This document shows positions 62,406 through 64,000 of a stretch of DNA of 64,000 nucleotides, piece after piece. Under the pieces are notes generated by a model. It saw only the letters and a list, made by a program, of their open reading frames with translations, was not told where the DNA came from and did not search any database. The stretch's first letter is position 1, and the number at the start of each line of letters is the position of its first letter. The DNA comes from Flavobacterium sp. (GTDB taxonomy: Bacteria > Bacteroidota > Bacteroidia > Flavobacteriales > Flavobacteriaceae), in contig JAQSDU010000004.1 of assembly GCA_029946065.1 (NCBI GenBank), forward strand, positions 35,201 to 99,200. The letters run 5' to 3'. Made by a program: the position numbers and the translations under genes.

Positions 62406-63663
62406 ATTAATCAAGGAACCACGGGTTTTCATTTATTTGTTAGCCACAATTTTATTAGCAATTCCATTAAAATATATTTTCGGAAGTATTTCCTGCATAC
62501 TGTTTTTATTGGTTGCTTTTTCTTCCTTACATCCAATCAAATTCAAATTCAACAAAACGTTGCTGCTTCCAGTGTTGTTTTATGTACTAATGCTGCTCTC
62601 CTTGATTTGGACAAGAGATGTTCATGCAACTAAGTCCGGACTCCAAAAAGAAGTATTGCTTTTTCTCATTCCGACAGCGTTTTTATTGGTGCCAAATTTA
62701 GGCAAAATTCAAAGAGACAAGATTTTCCGGATTTATGGCTTCGGAATGGTGGGGTATGCATTGTACTATTTCGGAAACGCCTTGTTCCGATACATCGCCA
62801 CAGGAAATAAAGCAGTTTTCTTTTATCATGAGTTGGTAACCTTGGACCTAAACGCCATTTATGTTGCCGTATTCGCCTCTTTTGCCATGTTCTATTTCAT
62901 TGCTTTGGACCGCAAAAATTCATGGGAACGAGCTGCGATTTTTATTTTGGCGATTTTCATCTTCCTACTGTCTTCAAAGAGCATCATTTTTATCGATTTT
63001 TTATTGATAATCTGTTTTTATATATTTTTTTCGGACACCAAAAACAGCGTCAAATTTGTTACAATCGCTTCGCTAGGAGCATTTCTTTTGTTCTCTTTGG
63101 TTTTTGTGAAGCAAATCAGGGAACGGTTTCTGATCGAATATGAAACCGCTTTTGTGGATAATACCGTCAACGAAAATGACAGTTCAATCGCCAATATCAG
63201 TTTAAAACAGGCTTGGAATAATGAAAAATTTAATGCTAGTAATTACTTTCCCGGCGGCGCATTACGGGTCTATCAATTCAGGATTTTTACAGAAATGCTT
63301 CAGGAAGATAACATCCTTTTTACGGGATATGGTTTAGAAGCATCACAATTTAAAATCAAACAAAAAGAGAAAGAACACAACTTGCATGAGGGTTATGGCG
63401 ATTTTAATTTCCATAACGAATATGTGCAAACTTTTGCCGAATTAGGATTGTTTGGATTTCTGATTTTAGGCGGAATGCTATTCTTAAACATTAAAAACGC
63501 AATTGCAGATAAAAATTTCCTCCACATTGTTTTTTCCCTAACGATGATAATCCTATTTTTGACCGAATCCTTTTTTTGCAGACAACGAGGTATTGTTTTT
63601 TTTACAATACTTTATTGTATTTTTAACGTCGTAAATAAATCGCAAAAAGAAGTAAATCAGTAA
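62377..63663 (+). CDS. O-antigen ligase/polymerase-family (Wzy_C-like) membrane protein 2
   Basis: 428 aa and polytopic. The loop ...DFNFHNEYVQTFAELGLFGFLILG is a classical Wzy_C motif. It overlaps the upstream gene's 3' end. Confidence 0.6.
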   Translation: MKMASLKISKLIKEPRVFIYLLATILLAIPLKYIFGSISCILFLLVAFSSLHPIKFKFNKTLLLPVLFYVLMLLSLIWTRDVHATKSGLQKEVLLFLIPTAFLLVPNLGKIQRDKIFRIYGFGMVGYALYYFGNALFRYIATGNKAVFFYHELVTLDLNAIYVAVFASFAMFYFIALDRKNSWERAAIFILAIFIFLLSSKSIIFIDFLLIICFYIFFSDTKNSVKFVTIASLGAFLLFSLVFVKQIRERFLIEYETAFVDNTVNENDSSIANISLKQAWNNEKFNASNYFPGGALRVYQFRIFTEMLQEDNILFTGYGLEASQFKIKQKEKEHNLHEGYGDFNFHNEYVQTFAELGLFGFLILGGMLFLNIKNAIADKNFLHIVFSLTMIILFLTESFFCRQRGIVFFTILYCIFNVVNKSQKEVNQ

Positions 63664-63666
63664 CTT

Positions 63667-64000
63667 ATGAAAAGAATTCTAATTACAGGTGCCGCCGGAT
63701 TTCTTGGTTCGCACCTTTGTGACCGTTTTATTGCCGAAGGCTATTATGTAATCGGAATGGACAATCTGATTACAGGCGATTTAAAAAACGTTGAGCACCT
63801 ATTCAAGCTCGAGAAATTCGAATTCTACCACCACGACATTACAAAATTTGTACATGTTCCCGGGAAGCTCGATTATATTCTTCACTTTGCATCGCCAGCC
63901 AGTCCGATTGATTATCTTAAAATTCCAATACAAACCCTTAAAGTTGGCTCCTTGGGCACACACAATCTTTTAGGTTTGGCAAGGGTTAAAAAAGCCCGGA
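63667..64000 (+). CDS. UDP-glucuronate decarboxylase (UDP-xylose synthase), N-terminal part; runs off the right edge
   Basis: Own translation: [45 protein letters not shown]...[35 protein letters not shown]. This is typical of UXS-type SDRs. Confidence 0.8.
   Translation, partial: MKRILITGAAGFLGSHLCDRFIAEGYYVIGMDNLITGDLKNVEHLFKLEKFEFYHHDITKFVHVPGKLDYILHFASPASPIDYLKIPIQTLKVGSLGTHNLLGLARVKKAR

Overview
The window looks like a chromosomal segment from a Flavobacterium-like member of the Bacteroidota. The evidence is low G+C, TAnnTTTG -7 promoter boxes 16-23 nt upstream of many genes, T9SS C-terminal sorting domains, and the gene content. All family calls come from motif recognition in the supplied translations; no database search was possible.

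Positions 1-40.5 kb are mostly conserved housekeeping genes: holB, a Pif1-like helicase, skp, mnmG, ybeY, gltX, glnS, folB, tRNA-Cys, rnr, rpiB, a CDF transporter, tex, two tandem tatA genes, an M23 peptidase and a GH3-family enzyme. Interspersed are decaying accessory material, unusual proteins and several families of short intergenic repeats:
- A TAT-signal Gfo/Idh/MocA oxidoreductase is interrupted by an in-frame TGA.
- A T9SS cargo gene survives only as a 5'-truncated remnant.
- A sensorless histidine kinase carries a 63-bp coding repeat in about 6.5 copies.
- GlnRS has a C-terminal extension of about 140 aa.
- Three tandem secreted CarboxypepD_reg paralogues follow GH3.
- A 563-aa protein ends in a nucleoside-phosphorylase-like domain.

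Positions 40.5-64 kb are a mosaic surface-polysaccharide locus with seven strand-switching blocks:
- A Wzz-like protein is followed by rfbA, rfbC and rfbD.
- A 2.8-kb insertion (tailspike-like beta-helix protein plus a mini T9SS cargo) is bracketed by a relic second rfbD 3' end.
- A Gtr/CsbB-YfhO-like periplasmic glycosylation module has two polyprenyl-phosphate-sugar-type GT2 enzymes and an 835-aa GT-C-like membrane protein.
- A gmd-colC-colD GDP-L-colitose pathway is followed by a flippase gene and two glycosyltransferase genes.
- Two Wzy/O-antigen-ligase-like proteins, two GT4 enzymes and the start of a UDP-xylose synthase gene complete the locus.

I found no CRISPR array, transposase, integrase or rRNA. 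The best candidates for undescribed biology are the periplasmic glycosylation module, the recombination scar with its beta-helix insertion, the GH3-linked paralogue triplet, the phosphorylase-like fusion protein and the repeat-expanded kinase.
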